Shown here in pieces: positions 18,988-28,444 of a stretch of 34,123 bases of DNA. Within the stretch, counting starts at the first letter, position 1. The number at the start of each line of letters is the position of its first letter. A model generated the notes under the pieces. It was not told the DNA's origin. It saw only the letters and a list, made by a program, of their open reading frames with translations, and did no database searches. Source of the DNA: Thermococcus sp. (lineage in GTDB: Archaea; Methanobacteriota_B; Thermococci; Thermococcales; Thermococcaceae); the NCBI GenBank assembly GCA_015522395.1, contig WAMH01000071.1, positions 1-34,123 of the forward strand. Reading direction: 5' to 3'. Both the position numbers and the translations under genes were made by a program.

Positions 18988-19638
18988 TTATATCCTTTTT
19001 GGTTCATTCCTCAGTTGTGCGTCTACTGATTGGAGTTCGTAGGGATAACCAAGCTTAACCACCAGTAATAAGCCCACCAAAAAGCCCAGAATCTCCATAA
19101 CGACGTCCTGAATCTTGTTTGAGAGACTCTCCTCCAGCCACGGCATTTCAGGTTGAAGGGCAACCTCAAAGAATTCCCAGAGGATTCCAGCTACGAAAAG
19201 GGCAAAGAAGCTTATCCCAATTATTTTCTTTGGACTCCACTTCAGCCCATAGGTTTGAGACGCCTCGAGGACGACCTCGTTGAAGATAAACCACGTGACG
19301 AGGCCCCCTAAGAAGTGGCTTGGAACGTCGGCGTAGCCCCAGGTGCCGTTGTAAAGGTCGAGGTTAAGAAAAGGGACCTCGAGGAAGGTTATGTGGGCAG
19401 CGATGAAGATCGAGAAGAGGGTGTAGATTCCATCGCTGTAGAAGGGACTCACCCATGGCCAGGCCCCCCTTCCAGGGCTCGGATAGGCACGCCTCACAAG
19501 GGGCGGAACGAAGAGGGAAGCTAGGCCGAAAACTGCAGCCGCCATCTGGTCGAGGGTGCCCTCTCCAATGATGCTTACAAGCGCGAGTGATACCACTCCA
19601 AAGGACGCCGCTACTGTGAAGCTCTCCCATCTCCTCAT
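18988..19638 (-). CDS. Hypothetical membrane protein (DUF2238/VanZ-like D..H / WE..E / D pattern)
   Basis: Several TM segments; DVPSHFLGG, GILWEFFE, QDVVM. Confidence 0.65.
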   Translation of the reverse strand: MRRWESFTVAASFGVVSLALVSIIGEGTLDQMAAAVFGLASLFVPPLVRRAYPSPGRGAWPWVSPFYSDGIYTLFSIFIAAHITFLEVPFLNLDLYNGTWGYADVPSHFLGGLVTWFIFNEVVLEASQTYGLKWSPKKIIGISFFALFVAGILWEFFEVALQPEMPWLEESLSNKIQDVVMEILGFLVGLLLVVKLGYPYELQSVDAQLRNEPKRI

Positions 19639-19832
19639 GTTACCACCGGAAGCTTTTCATCTTATTATATTTTCCCAGATATTCTTTTCGTTGGAGGCCC
19701 TTGGGGAAAGAAGCGATAAACCCCTCATAGTGGTACAATGTACTAAACGGGTCCCTTATGGTCACCATTTTCCCTAAACACTTAAATAAGGGCCATTAGA
19801 TACAATCCTCAGCAGTCCTGCCGGTGATCACA

Positions 19833-20327
19833 ATGGACATCGAACATGCACTGGAGAAGTTTCACTCCCTTAAGCTGGTGGATATAAACCCGGGTATATC
19901 TTCAATGCCAGTAGTCTCAGAGAACTCGGATATGATGAGCGTTCTCAAAACCCTGAGAACGAGGCACCACGTCTGGGTCGTCAAGGACAGGGACAGCATG
20001 GAACTCGTTGGCGTGATAAAATACATGGACGTTATAGACGTCCTCCTGCCGCCGGAAGCCCACAGATTCAGGCTTGGTATGACGAGCAGAACCATGAAGT
20101 CCCTCCTCGGGGGAGCGGCGAAGGCGGGTGATGTCGCGGAGAAGCAGGTCCTGACGATAGACGAGAACAAGACGGTTCTGGATGCCCTCATAAAGATGCG
20201 CAAGTACAAGACCCAGGTTCTGGCTATGGTCGATGGCAACAGGCTCGTTGGCGAGGTTAGCATAAGGATACTCATCGGTGAACTTCTAAGACTGATAAAG
20301 GTGAGTGGTGCCCAATGGAAGCAGTAA
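19833..20327 (+). CDS. CBS-domain protein
   Basis: Two CBS-like units (VWVV..LVGVI; VLTID..LVGEVS); overlaps the CPA2 start; SD GGTGA. Confidence 0.85.
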   Translation: MDIEHALEKFHSLKLVDINPGISSMPVVSENSDMMSVLKTLRTRHHVWVVKDRDSMELVGVIKYMDVIDVLLPPEAHRFRLGMTSRTMKSLLGGAAKAGDVAEKQVLTIDENKTVLDALIKMRKYKTQVLAMVDGNRLVGEVSIRILIGELLRLIKVSGAQWKQ

Positions 20328-21634
20328 CATGGCTTCTGTTCGCGATCGGTATCTCCCTCATTCTAGCGAAGATAGGGGACGCTATAATCGAACACTACGA
20401 GCTTCCCGGGGTTCTTGGAGAGCTGATAATGGGCATGATCCTTGGAAACCTGGTATACTTCGGCATCGTTGCCCCCCAGTACCTTCCAATAGTCAGCGGG
20501 GAGCAATATGTTAACACCATGACGAACATAGCAGACACCCTGGCCAAGCTGGGCATAATCTTCCTGCTCTTCCTCGGTGCCCTCGACACGGATATCGACC
20601 AACTCAAGAAGACGGGCGTTACAGCCACAGTCTCCACAGTTCTTGGCGTCTTCGTCCCGCTGATAATGGCTTGGTACGCTCTCATGGCGATGGGTTATCC
20701 CAGCAGGGAGGCCTTTGCCGGCGGCGTCCTTCTCACCGCGACCAGCATCGGCCTAACAGTTCGCGTCATGATGGACCTCGGTGTCCTTAAAAGCGAGGTC
20801 GGCGCCGCTTCACTGAGCGCAAGTGTCATGGACGACTTCCTTGGTATAGCACTCGTCATATTCGCCGTGGGAAGCGGTGGATTATTCGGCCTGACCCTTA
20901 AAATAATCGCGTTCTTTGTGATAACCGGCGTGATCTGGTGGTTCCTCGTTGACTACTACATCAAATTCGCCGAGAAGCTCCACGTTGAAAAGGGCATCCT
21001 CGGGATGGCCCTTGGAATGATGTTCCTCTTCGCGGCTTTGGCCGAGGGCTGGTTCGCAGCTGCTATAGAAGGTGCCTTTATGATGGGCTTGACCCTCTCG
21101 AAGCTCCCCGAGGGAAAGCGCCTCATGGAGGACGCAAGGGCCATCGGATACGGCCTGCTCGTCCCCTTCTTCTTCGTCCACACGGGGGCAATGCTTAACC
21201 TCACCGTATTCGAGCACAAGAACGCCCTCATACTTGCGACCGTTATGAGCCTGATAGCCGTCATCGGTAAGATACTCGGCAGGGGGTTCGGGGCGTGGAT
21301 AACCGCCTGGGGACGCGGAAGGGACTTCCTCATGACGCGGGAAAACGCGTGGATGTCCCTTCAGATGGGCATTGGTTCGGTTCCGAGGACGGAGGTGGCT
21401 TTGGTAGACCTCATGGTCGCCATCCAGGGTGGCGCGATACCCCCGAGTGATGCTCCGGAGTTCATAGCGGCGACGCTGATATTCATAACCGTCTCCGTGC
21501 TTATAACGCCTCCACTCCTCAAGTGGGCGTTCAAGGCCGAGATAGAGGAGGCCAAAGCGGCCAAAGCTGCCCAGAAGGCAGAGAGGATAAAGGAAACCAA
21601 AGAGAGGATAAAGGAGATAAAGGGGAATCAGTGA
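20315..21634 (+). CDS. Cation:proton antiporter, CPA2/NapA type
   Basis: ATSIGLT, SVMDDF (DD motif), GKILG, VPRTEVAL; many TM segments. Confidence 0.9.
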   Translation: MEAVTWLLFAIGISLILAKIGDAIIEHYELPGVLGELIMGMILGNLVYFGIVAPQYLPIVSGEQYVNTMTNIADTLAKLGIIFLLFLGALDTDIDQLKKTGVTATVSTVLGVFVPLIMAWYALMAMGYPSREAFAGGVLLTATSIGLTVRVMMDLGVLKSEVGAASLSASVMDDFLGIALVIFAVGSGGLFGLTLKIIAFFVITGVIWWFLVDYYIKFAEKLHVEKGILGMALGMMFLFAALAEGWFAAAIEGAFMMGLTLSKLPEGKRLMEDARAIGYGLLVPFFFVHTGAMLNLTVFEHKNALILATVMSLIAVIGKILGRGFGAWITAWGRGRDFLMTRENAWMSLQMGIGSVPRTEVALVDLMVAIQGGAIPPSDAPEFIAATLIFITVSVLITPPLLKWAFKAEIEEAKAAKAAQKAERIKETKERIKEIKGNQ

Positions 21635-21655
21635 CGCCTTTCTTTTTCCAACTTT

Positions 21656-22126
21656 TCAGCCGAAGAAGGCTCCCATCATGTCCATCTGCTCCTCGCTTAT
21701 GCTCTTTATTTTGAACTCCGGCATCTCGGAAAGCAACTCCCCGTACTCCTTCTCCGTTATCTCCCTCGCCTCACCGTTCTCGACGAGATAGAAAATCCCG
21801 TAGTCGGGGTCGCGGTAGGCGACGAGGAACCTATCCACCTCGATGTCATCGAAGTTCACGAAGATGATGTTTCCGCCGGTGTAGGTTCTCTTACACTTGA
21901 AGGGAAAGCTCGAGGAGTTAAGCATCGCATCTCCAAGGGCCTGGTTGGCCTTCTCACCGTTTATCTCCGTCCAGAACTTCCTTCCCTCGAAGTCGCCCTC
22001 GACGACTATCAGGAACCTCTGGCCTTCTAACTCCATCAGCGGTGCACCCTTCTCCTGAAGTATTTTAAACAGCTCTCCGATCGTCCCGGCGTTCCTAAGG
22101 GAAGCAACAAAACCTTCAACCTTCAT
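21656..22126 (-). CDS. Hypothetical protein
   Basis: ORF with host-like codons, SD GGTGA and an upstream TATA-like TTTTATA on the minus strand. Confidence 0.75.
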   Translation of the reverse strand: MKVEGFVASLRNAGTIGELFKILQEKGAPLMELEGQRFLIVVEGDFEGRKFWTEINGEKANQALGDAMLNSSSFPFKCKRTYTGGNIIFVNFDDIEVDRFLVAYRDPDYGIFYLVENGEAREITEKEYGELLSEMPEFKIKSISEEQMDMMGAFFG

Positions 22127-22257
22127 GGTCTTTCACCGCTTCACCTTGGGAACCGAGTATAAAAGCTTAAGCCTCCACCCGTTTAGAGGATAAACGATAA
22201 AAACCCCTCTACAAACCGGGAGATGGGAGGCAGGGATATAAGGCGGGGGACATAAAG

Positions 22258-24069
22258 ATGCCCGTGTCCGAATTAAGGGACCCCTTTAAAATTGAGGACG
22301 TACCCTTTTCTGAGAGAATTATTCGGTCTCATTCCATCCGTGAATGGGCCTTGGATATCTTGCTTGCTCTAATAGTGGGTGTAGGGAGTGGATTTGGAGC
22401 CGTTCTGTTCAGATGGCTGATTAGATTCTTTCGCTTGGTTTTTTATAGCCTCCCCCCAGTTTTTTCGTATCAGGGTTTTAATCTAAACCTAATTTTTATA
22501 CCTGCCGTAGGCGGCCTCATCATCGGTCCTATCGTTTATTATGTGGCCGTGGAAACAAAGGGACACGGAGTTCCTGAGATTATGGAGTCAGTTCACTTGA
22601 GACATGGCATTGTGAGACTAAGGGTGTTGCCTTTAAAACTCCTCGTTTCTTCGATAACTATAGGTAGCGGGGGGAGTGCGGGAAGGGAAGGTCCCATAGC
22701 TCAGATAGGGGGGAGCACCGGTTCCATACTAGGCCAGTTCTTTAAACTTGACGAGGCCAAGAAGAAGGCGTTGATCTGCTGGGGAGCCGGGGCCGGTATA
22801 GCGGGTACATTCAACGCCCCGATTGGAGGGACGTTCTTTGGATTGGAGGTCGTTATGGGAAGGCTGAGGGTGAGGGATATTATACCTGCACTGATAGCCT
22901 CAATAGTCAGCGCGGGTATAGCATCTAAGATTCTGGGCGATCGGCCAGCGTTTAAAACCACACTTCCGTGGCTTCAGTTCAACCCCAAGACTCTGGTGGT
23001 GTTTGGTTTATTGGGTATAGTTTTTGGATTGCTAGCCTTTTTCTGGGTAAAGCTCTTCTATTTCATCGAAGATTTTTTTGACAGGGATCTCAGGATTCCA
23101 AACTGGACGAAACCGGCCTTAGGTTTTCCTGTAGCCGGCCTTTTCAGTGCGACTCTCACATACTATTACTTCACGACTGAAGGGGTGAGCTTAAAACCAA
23201 TGTACTTTGGAATAATGGGCGTTGGGTACAATGGAATAGACCTTGCCCTAAAGATGAGCCTTCCCATATACATTTTCCTCCTTTTGGGATTGCTAAAGAT
23301 GATTGCAACGGCCTTTACAATAGGATCCGGAGGAAGCGGTGGCATATTTGCACCCTCACTGTATGTCGGAACAATGTTCGGCATATTCTTTGGATGGCTT
23401 ATGCTTGGCTGTCCCGCACATCCAGACCCCAGCCTTCTCCTTCCATACGCCGTGGTGGGGATGGGTGCTCTCTTTGCTGGGGCGGCACGGGCACCTCTAA
23501 CCTCCATTTTTCAGATCGCTGAGATGACTAGAGCCTTTAATCTGATGCCCTCTTTGATCGTGGCATGCGGATTGAGTTACATCACCTTTGACATACTCTC
23601 AAAAGGCTCGTCCATTTATACGTTGAAACTGGAGAAAAAAGGCTTGAGATTGGGAGAACATGAATTAATGATGGATCTCTTGGAGAACATTAAAGTTTCA
23701 GAGGCCATGACACCGGCTAAAAACGTAATCGTGGTCTCCTCTAAGGACAGCCTTGATGAAGTCATGAAAAAAATCACCAAGACCGGGCACTTAAGCTACC
23801 CTGTTCTCGAAGGGGATGAAGTTGTGGGGGTGATCACCCTCCAAGACATCACAAAATGTTCCGAGAAATGCAAGGAAGTCAGGGATGTGATGTCACAAAG
23901 ACCCGTGGTTGTATATCCCGACGAGAACCTAAAGGAAGCCATGTTAAAACTCGACAAAAACAACGTGGGGATATTGATCGTGGTACCAAGGGAGAATAGG
24001 AGAAAGTTAATGGGCATCATCACGAAGTCTGACATCATAAAGACAATCAGCTTGTACACACGGTCATGA
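22258..24069 (+). CDS. CLC chloride channel/transporter with C-terminal CBS pair
   Basis: GHGVP, GREGP, FNAPIGG, GGIFAP, SIYT, two CBS domains; visibly lower GC than neighbours. Confidence 0.93.
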   Translation: MPVSELRDPFKIEDVPFSERIIRSHSIREWALDILLALIVGVGSGFGAVLFRWLIRFFRLVFYSLPPVFSYQGFNLNLIFIPAVGGLIIGPIVYYVAVETKGHGVPEIMESVHLRHGIVRLRVLPLKLLVSSITIGSGGSAGREGPIAQIGGSTGSILGQFFKLDEAKKKALICWGAGAGIAGTFNAPIGGTFFGLEVVMGRLRVRDIIPALIASIVSAGIASKILGDRPAFKTTLPWLQFNPKTLVVFGLLGIVFGLLAFFWVKLFYFIEDFFDRDLRIPNWTKPALGFPVAGLFSATLTYYYFTTEGVSLKPMYFGIMGVGYNGIDLALKMSLPIYIFLLLGLLKMIATAFTIGSGGSGGIFAPSLYVGTMFGIFFGWLMLGCPAHPDPSLLLPYAVVGMGALFAGAARAPLTSIFQIAEMTRAFNLMPSLIVACGLSYITFDILSKGSSIYTLKLEKKGLRLGEHELMMDLLENIKVSEAMTPAKNVIVVSSKDSLDEVMKKITKTGHLSYPVLEGDEVVGVITLQDITKCSEKCKEVRDVMSQRPVVVYPDENLKEAMLKLDKNNVGILIVVPRENRRKLMGIITKSDIIKTISLYTRS

Positions 24070-24098
24070 GCCAACTAACTTGAATAGGGGTGCTGTTT

Positions 24099-25361
24099 AT
24101 GCTCGTCGATGCCGATCTCCACATTCACTCCCGCTACTCAAAGGCAGTCTCCAAGACCATGACGATTCCGAACTTAGCGGAAAACGCGCGCTTCAAGGGT
24201 TTAAGCGCCGTGGGAAGCGGGGATATACTGAACCCAAAGTGGGAGGAAGAACTCCTCAGGTATGCCCGAAAGGTTGATGGAGGGACCTACGAGCGCAACG
24301 GTATAAGGTTCCTCCTCACGACTGAGGTGGAGGACGAGAGGAGGGTTCACCACGTCCTGATCTTTCCGGATATAGGGATCGTTCACGAGATGAGGGAAAG
24401 GTTGAAGGAGTACTCAAGGGACATAGAAACCGAGGGAAGACCGCGCGTGAACCTTTCCGCCGCTGAAATAGCCGACCTGGCCAACGATCTCGACGTTCTC
24501 ATCGGACCGGCGCATGCGTTCACCCCCTGGACGAGCCTCTACAAGGAGTACGACAGCCTTAAAGAAGCCTACGGGGATGCAAAAATCGACTTTCTCGAGC
24601 TCGGCCTCTCCGCCGACAGCGAGATGGCCGACATGATAAGGGCACACCACAGGCTAACCTACCTCAGCAACAGCGATGCCCATTCGCCTATGCCCCACAG
24701 GCTTGGAAGGGAGTTCAACCGCTTCGAGGTTGAGGAGGCCACTTTTGAGGAAATCCGGAAGGCCATCCTCCGGAGGGGCGGCAGGAGGATAGTCCTCAAC
24801 GCGGGCCTCGATCCCCGGTTGGGTAAGTACCACCTCACAGCCTGCTCGCGCTGCTACACGAGATACAGCCTCGAGGAGGCAAAGACTTACCACTGGAAGT
24901 GCCCGAAGTGCGGCGGAAGGATAAAGAAGGGAGTAAGGGACAGGATTCTTGAGCTCGCCGACACGGAAGAGAGGCCGAAGGACAGGCCGCCCTACCTACG
25001 CCTAGCACCACTGGCGGAGATCATAGCGATGGTCATAGACAAAGGCGTTGGGACGAAGTCCGTGAGGCTGATCTGGGAGCGCTTTTTAAGGGAGTTCAGA
25101 AGCGAGATAAGGGTTCTCGTTGACGTTCCAGTCAGAGAGCTTGCCGCAGTTCATGGGGAAGTTGCCAAGGCAGTCTGGGCGTACAGAAACGGGAAGTTAA
25201 TCGTAATCCCCGGGGGAGGAGGAAAATACGGCGAGATCAAACTTCCAGAGGAGATCCGAAAAGCAGAGGTAGATGAGCTGGAGAGCGTTGAGATAGAACT
25301 TCCGGAGGAGGAAAAGCCGGGGCAAAGGAGCATAACGGAGTTCCTGGGGGTGGCACATTGA
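24099..25361 (+). CDS. endoQ: Endonuclease Q (PHP domain + Zn ribbon) for deaminated-base repair
   Basis: DLHIHS, PAHAF, SNSDAHS, CSRC...CPKC and C-terminal PIP box QRSITEFL; 420 aa from ATG 24099. Confidence 0.88.
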   Translation: MLVDADLHIHSRYSKAVSKTMTIPNLAENARFKGLSAVGSGDILNPKWEEELLRYARKVDGGTYERNGIRFLLTTEVEDERRVHHVLIFPDIGIVHEMRERLKEYSRDIETEGRPRVNLSAAEIADLANDLDVLIGPAHAFTPWTSLYKEYDSLKEAYGDAKIDFLELGLSADSEMADMIRAHHRLTYLSNSDAHSPMPHRLGREFNRFEVEEATFEEIRKAILRRGGRRIVLNAGLDPRLGKYHLTACSRCYTRYSLEEAKTYHWKCPKCGGRIKKGVRDRILELADTEERPKDRPPYLRLAPLAEIIAMVIDKGVGTKSVRLIWERFLREFRSEIRVLVDVPVRELAAVHGEVAKAVWAYRNGKLIVIPGGGGKYGEIKLPEEIRKAEVDELESVEIELPEEEKPGQRSITEFLGVAH

Positions 25362-26329
25362 GGGAATCCGAAATCATTGAGCTGTTCCTCGGACATCTAA
25401 AAAGGCAGGGTGATTTGCCCCTTGGAGACGATGCAGGTGCCTTAAAGTTCGGGAAGGCATGGCTTGTTGCTACAAACGACATGCTCGTCAGAAAAACGGA
25501 CGTTCCGGATATAATGACCCCGGAGCAGGTTGGATTCAAGACAGTAACCATGAACGTGAGCGACGTTGCCGCCATGGGAGCAAAGCCCATAGGCTTCCTC
25601 TTCTCGCTTGGTATCCCCTCGGATTCGAGCACCGGCTACCTCGAAGGGATAGCGAGGGGAATTGAAAAAGCTCTAGAATTCTACGAGGTCCCCGCTTTGA
25701 GCGCCGATACGAACGAGGCCGACGATCTGATCGTAGACGGAATCGCGCTCGGGACCACGGAGAGACCCATAACGCGCTCCGGAGCAGGGAGTGAAGAGAC
25801 CGTGTGCATCACGGGTGATGTGGGCAGGGCGCTCACCGGGTACCTAGTGTGGAAGAACGGGCTTGACGTATCCAAGGGAACACGCAGGGCCCTCTACGAG
25901 AAGTTCCTCGAGCCAAAGGCAAGGGTCAAAGAGGGAATCAAGCTGAGCGGGATCGCCACTGCCGCCATAGATGTGAGTGACGGTCTCTCCAAGGAGCTCC
26001 AAACCCTAGCAGGGATGAGCGGCGTTGGCGTTGAAGTCCTCGCGGAGAAACTTCCCATAACGGAAGAAGTCTTCGAGGTCGCAGAGATGCTCGGTCTTGA
26101 TCCCCTAACGCTCGCCCTATCCAGCGGGGAGGAATTCGAGCTGGTCTTCACCCTTCCAAAGGAGCTCTTAGGGCGTCTCGACTTTGAGTGCACTCCCATA
26201 GGGAGGACCTTCAGGGGAAACGGCGTCTACATTACGAACGGGGAAAAACGGAAGGAGATGCCTGTTCTCGGCTGGGAACACCTCTCAAACCGCCGGGATC
26301 CAGGAAGCTCCACCCCGATAACGTTTTAA
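25358..26329 (+). CDS. thiL: Thiamine-monophosphate kinase
   Basis: GDDA, NVSDVAAMG, DVSDGL, GEEFEL, GWEH; TTG start overlapping the endoQ stop. Confidence 0.92.
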   Translation: MRESEIIELFLGHLKRQGDLPLGDDAGALKFGKAWLVATNDMLVRKTDVPDIMTPEQVGFKTVTMNVSDVAAMGAKPIGFLFSLGIPSDSSTGYLEGIARGIEKALEFYEVPALSADTNEADDLIVDGIALGTTERPITRSGAGSEETVCITGDVGRALTGYLVWKNGLDVSKGTRRALYEKFLEPKARVKEGIKLSGIATAAIDVSDGLSKELQTLAGMSGVGVEVLAEKLPITEEVFEVAEMLGLDPLTLALSSGEEFELVFTLPKELLGRLDFECTPIGRTFRGNGVYITNGEKRKEMPVLGWEHLSNRRDPGSSTPITF

Positions 26330-26360
26330 AACCTCCTCCCTACTAACCCCGGGTTGAAAA

Positions 26361-27242
26361 ATGTTTGAGAGTCTCCTCACTTCCACCTCGGAATACACCT
26401 CTGCCGTTCTCAACGCCTCGCTGAGATACCTGTCCCTGGCGTTTCTGGCGTACTACACCAGCGTCTTTCTCTATGCCCTGAGGTGGAAGCTCATACTGAG
26501 GGGGATCGGACGGGACGCACCGCTGATGGAGCTGACCAAGGCCATAATGGCCTCAATATTCATGAACAACGTGACTCCCCTCAGCAGGAGCGGTGGGGAG
26601 TTCTTAAGGATCGCCTGGATATCAAAGCGGGCCGACGTTCCTTCCGGGATCTCCGCGGTCAGCATAGTTTACGAGAGGATACTAGAGACGGTACCGGTTT
26701 TCCTGCTTTTCCTCGTCGGGGCAAGCTATTTCTCGTCCACTGAATCGCTTCCATTCATCCTGCTCGGAATGACCGGCGTGTTTATTATATGGACCAAGTG
26801 GGACTCCTTCGTCAGGCTGTCCCTCAGGGTTTTCAGAACTAACGTGACGGAGGATGAGATGAAGGGGATACGCGACCTCCGAAGAATGCACGACGTCAAC
26901 CTTGCCGCGATAGTGCTGAGCTCTTCGGTCTGGCTTTTAGATGTCCTCAGACTGAAGTTCATCGGGCTCGCCTTCGGCCTCGACCTCCCCTGGGCCCTCG
27001 TAGCGCTGGTGTCGATAGCCAACCTTATCCTAGGTCTCGTGACAGTGACTCCCGGAGGGGTTGGGATAATCGAGGGTGGCCTCATTGGGACGCTGACGTA
27101 CTTTGGGATACCAATGGCCTTGGCCCTTCCCATGACCCTCCTCGAGCGCTTCGTCTCATACGTGGCTAGCAGCATAGTTGGATTCATAGTCCTCCTCACT
27201 TCCGGAGGGGTTGAAATATGGAGAGCCTTAAAATCGCGATAG
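26361..27242 (+). CDS. UPF0104/MprF-like flippase-domain membrane protein
   Basis: ALRWK, NNVTP..SGGE, YERILE, TPGGVGIIEG, LLER. Confidence 0.85.
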   Translation: MFESLLTSTSEYTSAVLNASLRYLSLAFLAYYTSVFLYALRWKLILRGIGRDAPLMELTKAIMASIFMNNVTPLSRSGGEFLRIAWISKRADVPSGISAVSIVYERILETVPVFLLFLVGASYFSSTESLPFILLGMTGVFIIWTKWDSFVRLSLRVFRTNVTEDEMKGIRDLRRMHDVNLAAIVLSSSVWLLDVLRLKFIGLAFGLDLPWALVALVSIANLILGLVTVTPGGVGIIEGGLIGTLTYFGIPMALALPMTLLERFVSYVASSIVGFIVLLTSGGVEIWRALKSR

Positions 27243-28444
27243 CCAGCGACTGGTTCTATCCGAAGGTAGGTGGAATCGAAGCCCACATAGACGAGCTCGC
27301 TAGGAGGCTCCTCTCGGCCGGCCACGAACCCTACGTCATAACTCACGATTACAGATACCTCAGGCCGTACTCCGATGATTTTCCATATCCAGTCGTCCGC
27401 TTTCCCGCGTCTGTTTACCTGAAAAAATATCACGTGAGCTTTGGCTCGAGCCAGTTCTGGAGGATAAACGAGTTCTACAAGGAGGTCAACTTCGACATAA
27501 CCCACGTTCACAGCATATACTCCCCCCTGGGCGTGGCCGTCTCAAAGATATCCCGTGGAATCAGGGGCGTTCCGGTAGTCGCCACCAACCATTCCTTCTA
27601 CGGCAAACCCCCCTTAGACCCCGTAATAAGACCCCTCGTGAGACACGAGCTGAAGAAGGTTGACACTTTCATAGCCGTCAGCACCCCCGTGGCGGAGGAC
27701 ACCAGGAGGCTCCTTGGAGACAGCATAGAGGGAAGACCCGTCTTTGTGGTTCCCAACGGCATAGAAGTCTCAAGATGGCGCCCACCGGAGCCCGAGGAGA
27801 GGGAAAAGGCCCGGGAAGAGCTCGGAATCAAGGACGAGCTGGCTATACTCTACGTGGGCAGAATGACGGAAAGAAAGAACACCCACAAAATACCTTTCAT
27901 TCTCAGAGAGGCCCTGAAACTGGGTGGGATCCCAAAGGATAGGGTGAAGCTACTGGTGGTTGGCGACGGCCCCATGAGACCAGTTCTGGAGGAAAACCTC
28001 CTGAAAACAGGAATTGGGGAGATAACCGTGATGAAGAACTTCGTTCCGAGGGGGGAGCTGCTTCACCTCTACTGGGCCTCAGACCTCGTCGTAGTTCCCG
28101 GTCTCCTCGAGACTTTCTCTGTCGTGGCGCTGGAGGCAATGGCAACCGGGAGACCGGTAGTTGGTCACAACGGCAGCGGCCTCTCGGACGTGGTCTCCCA
28201 CGGGAAGACCGGGCTTTTGAGCCTCAACGAGAAGGACATGGCGAGGAACCTCGCCCTTCTCCTAACCGACAGAGAACTGCTGGTTGAGATGGGGTTCAGG
28301 GCAAGGAAAAGGGTGGAAAGGAGATTCTCATGGGAGAACGTTCTCAAACGACTGTTGCGGGTCTACCGGGTGACCCTAGATGTGGGGAGTGAAGTGGACA
28401 GGCGCTACCTTTTCTACAAGATCATGAGGAGGATAGATGGATGA
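27218..28444 (+). CDS. GT4 glycosyltransferase, PIG-A-like
   Basis: SDWFYPKVGGIEAHI N-terminus, HVHS, TNHS, PNGI, ETFSVVALEAMA (EX7E). Confidence 0.9.
   Translation: MESLKIAIASDWFYPKVGGIEAHIDELARRLLSAGHEPYVITHDYRYLRPYSDDFPYPVVRFPASVYLKKYHVSFGSSQFWRINEFYKEVNFDITHVHSIYSPLGVAVSKISRGIRGVPVVATNHSFYGKPPLDPVIRPLVRHELKKVDTFIAVSTPVAEDTRRLLGDSIEGRPVFVVPNGIEVSRWRPPEPEEREKAREELGIKDELAILYVGRMTERKNTHKIPFILREALKLGGIPKDRVKLLVVGDGPMRPVLEENLLKTGIGEITVMKNFVPRGELLHLYWASDLVVVPGLLETFSVVALEAMATGRPVVGHNGSGLSDVVSHGKTGLLSLNEKDMARNLALLLTDRELLVEMGFRARKRVERRFSWENVLKRLLRVYRVTLDVGSEVDRRYLFYKIMRRIDG

Noticed and set aside
21580-21615. AGAGAGGATAAAGGA repeated in the CPA2 tail
   Set aside because: Short coding repeat (ERIKE twice) in a charged helical tail; ordinary low complexity.
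22219-22257. Fluoride (crcB) riboswitch before the CLC gene (GGAGATGG start)
   Set aside because: The downstream AACCGC and GCTGATGAC elements and the pairing stem are absent, and the CLC lacks CLC-F motifs (GNNLI/GREGT).
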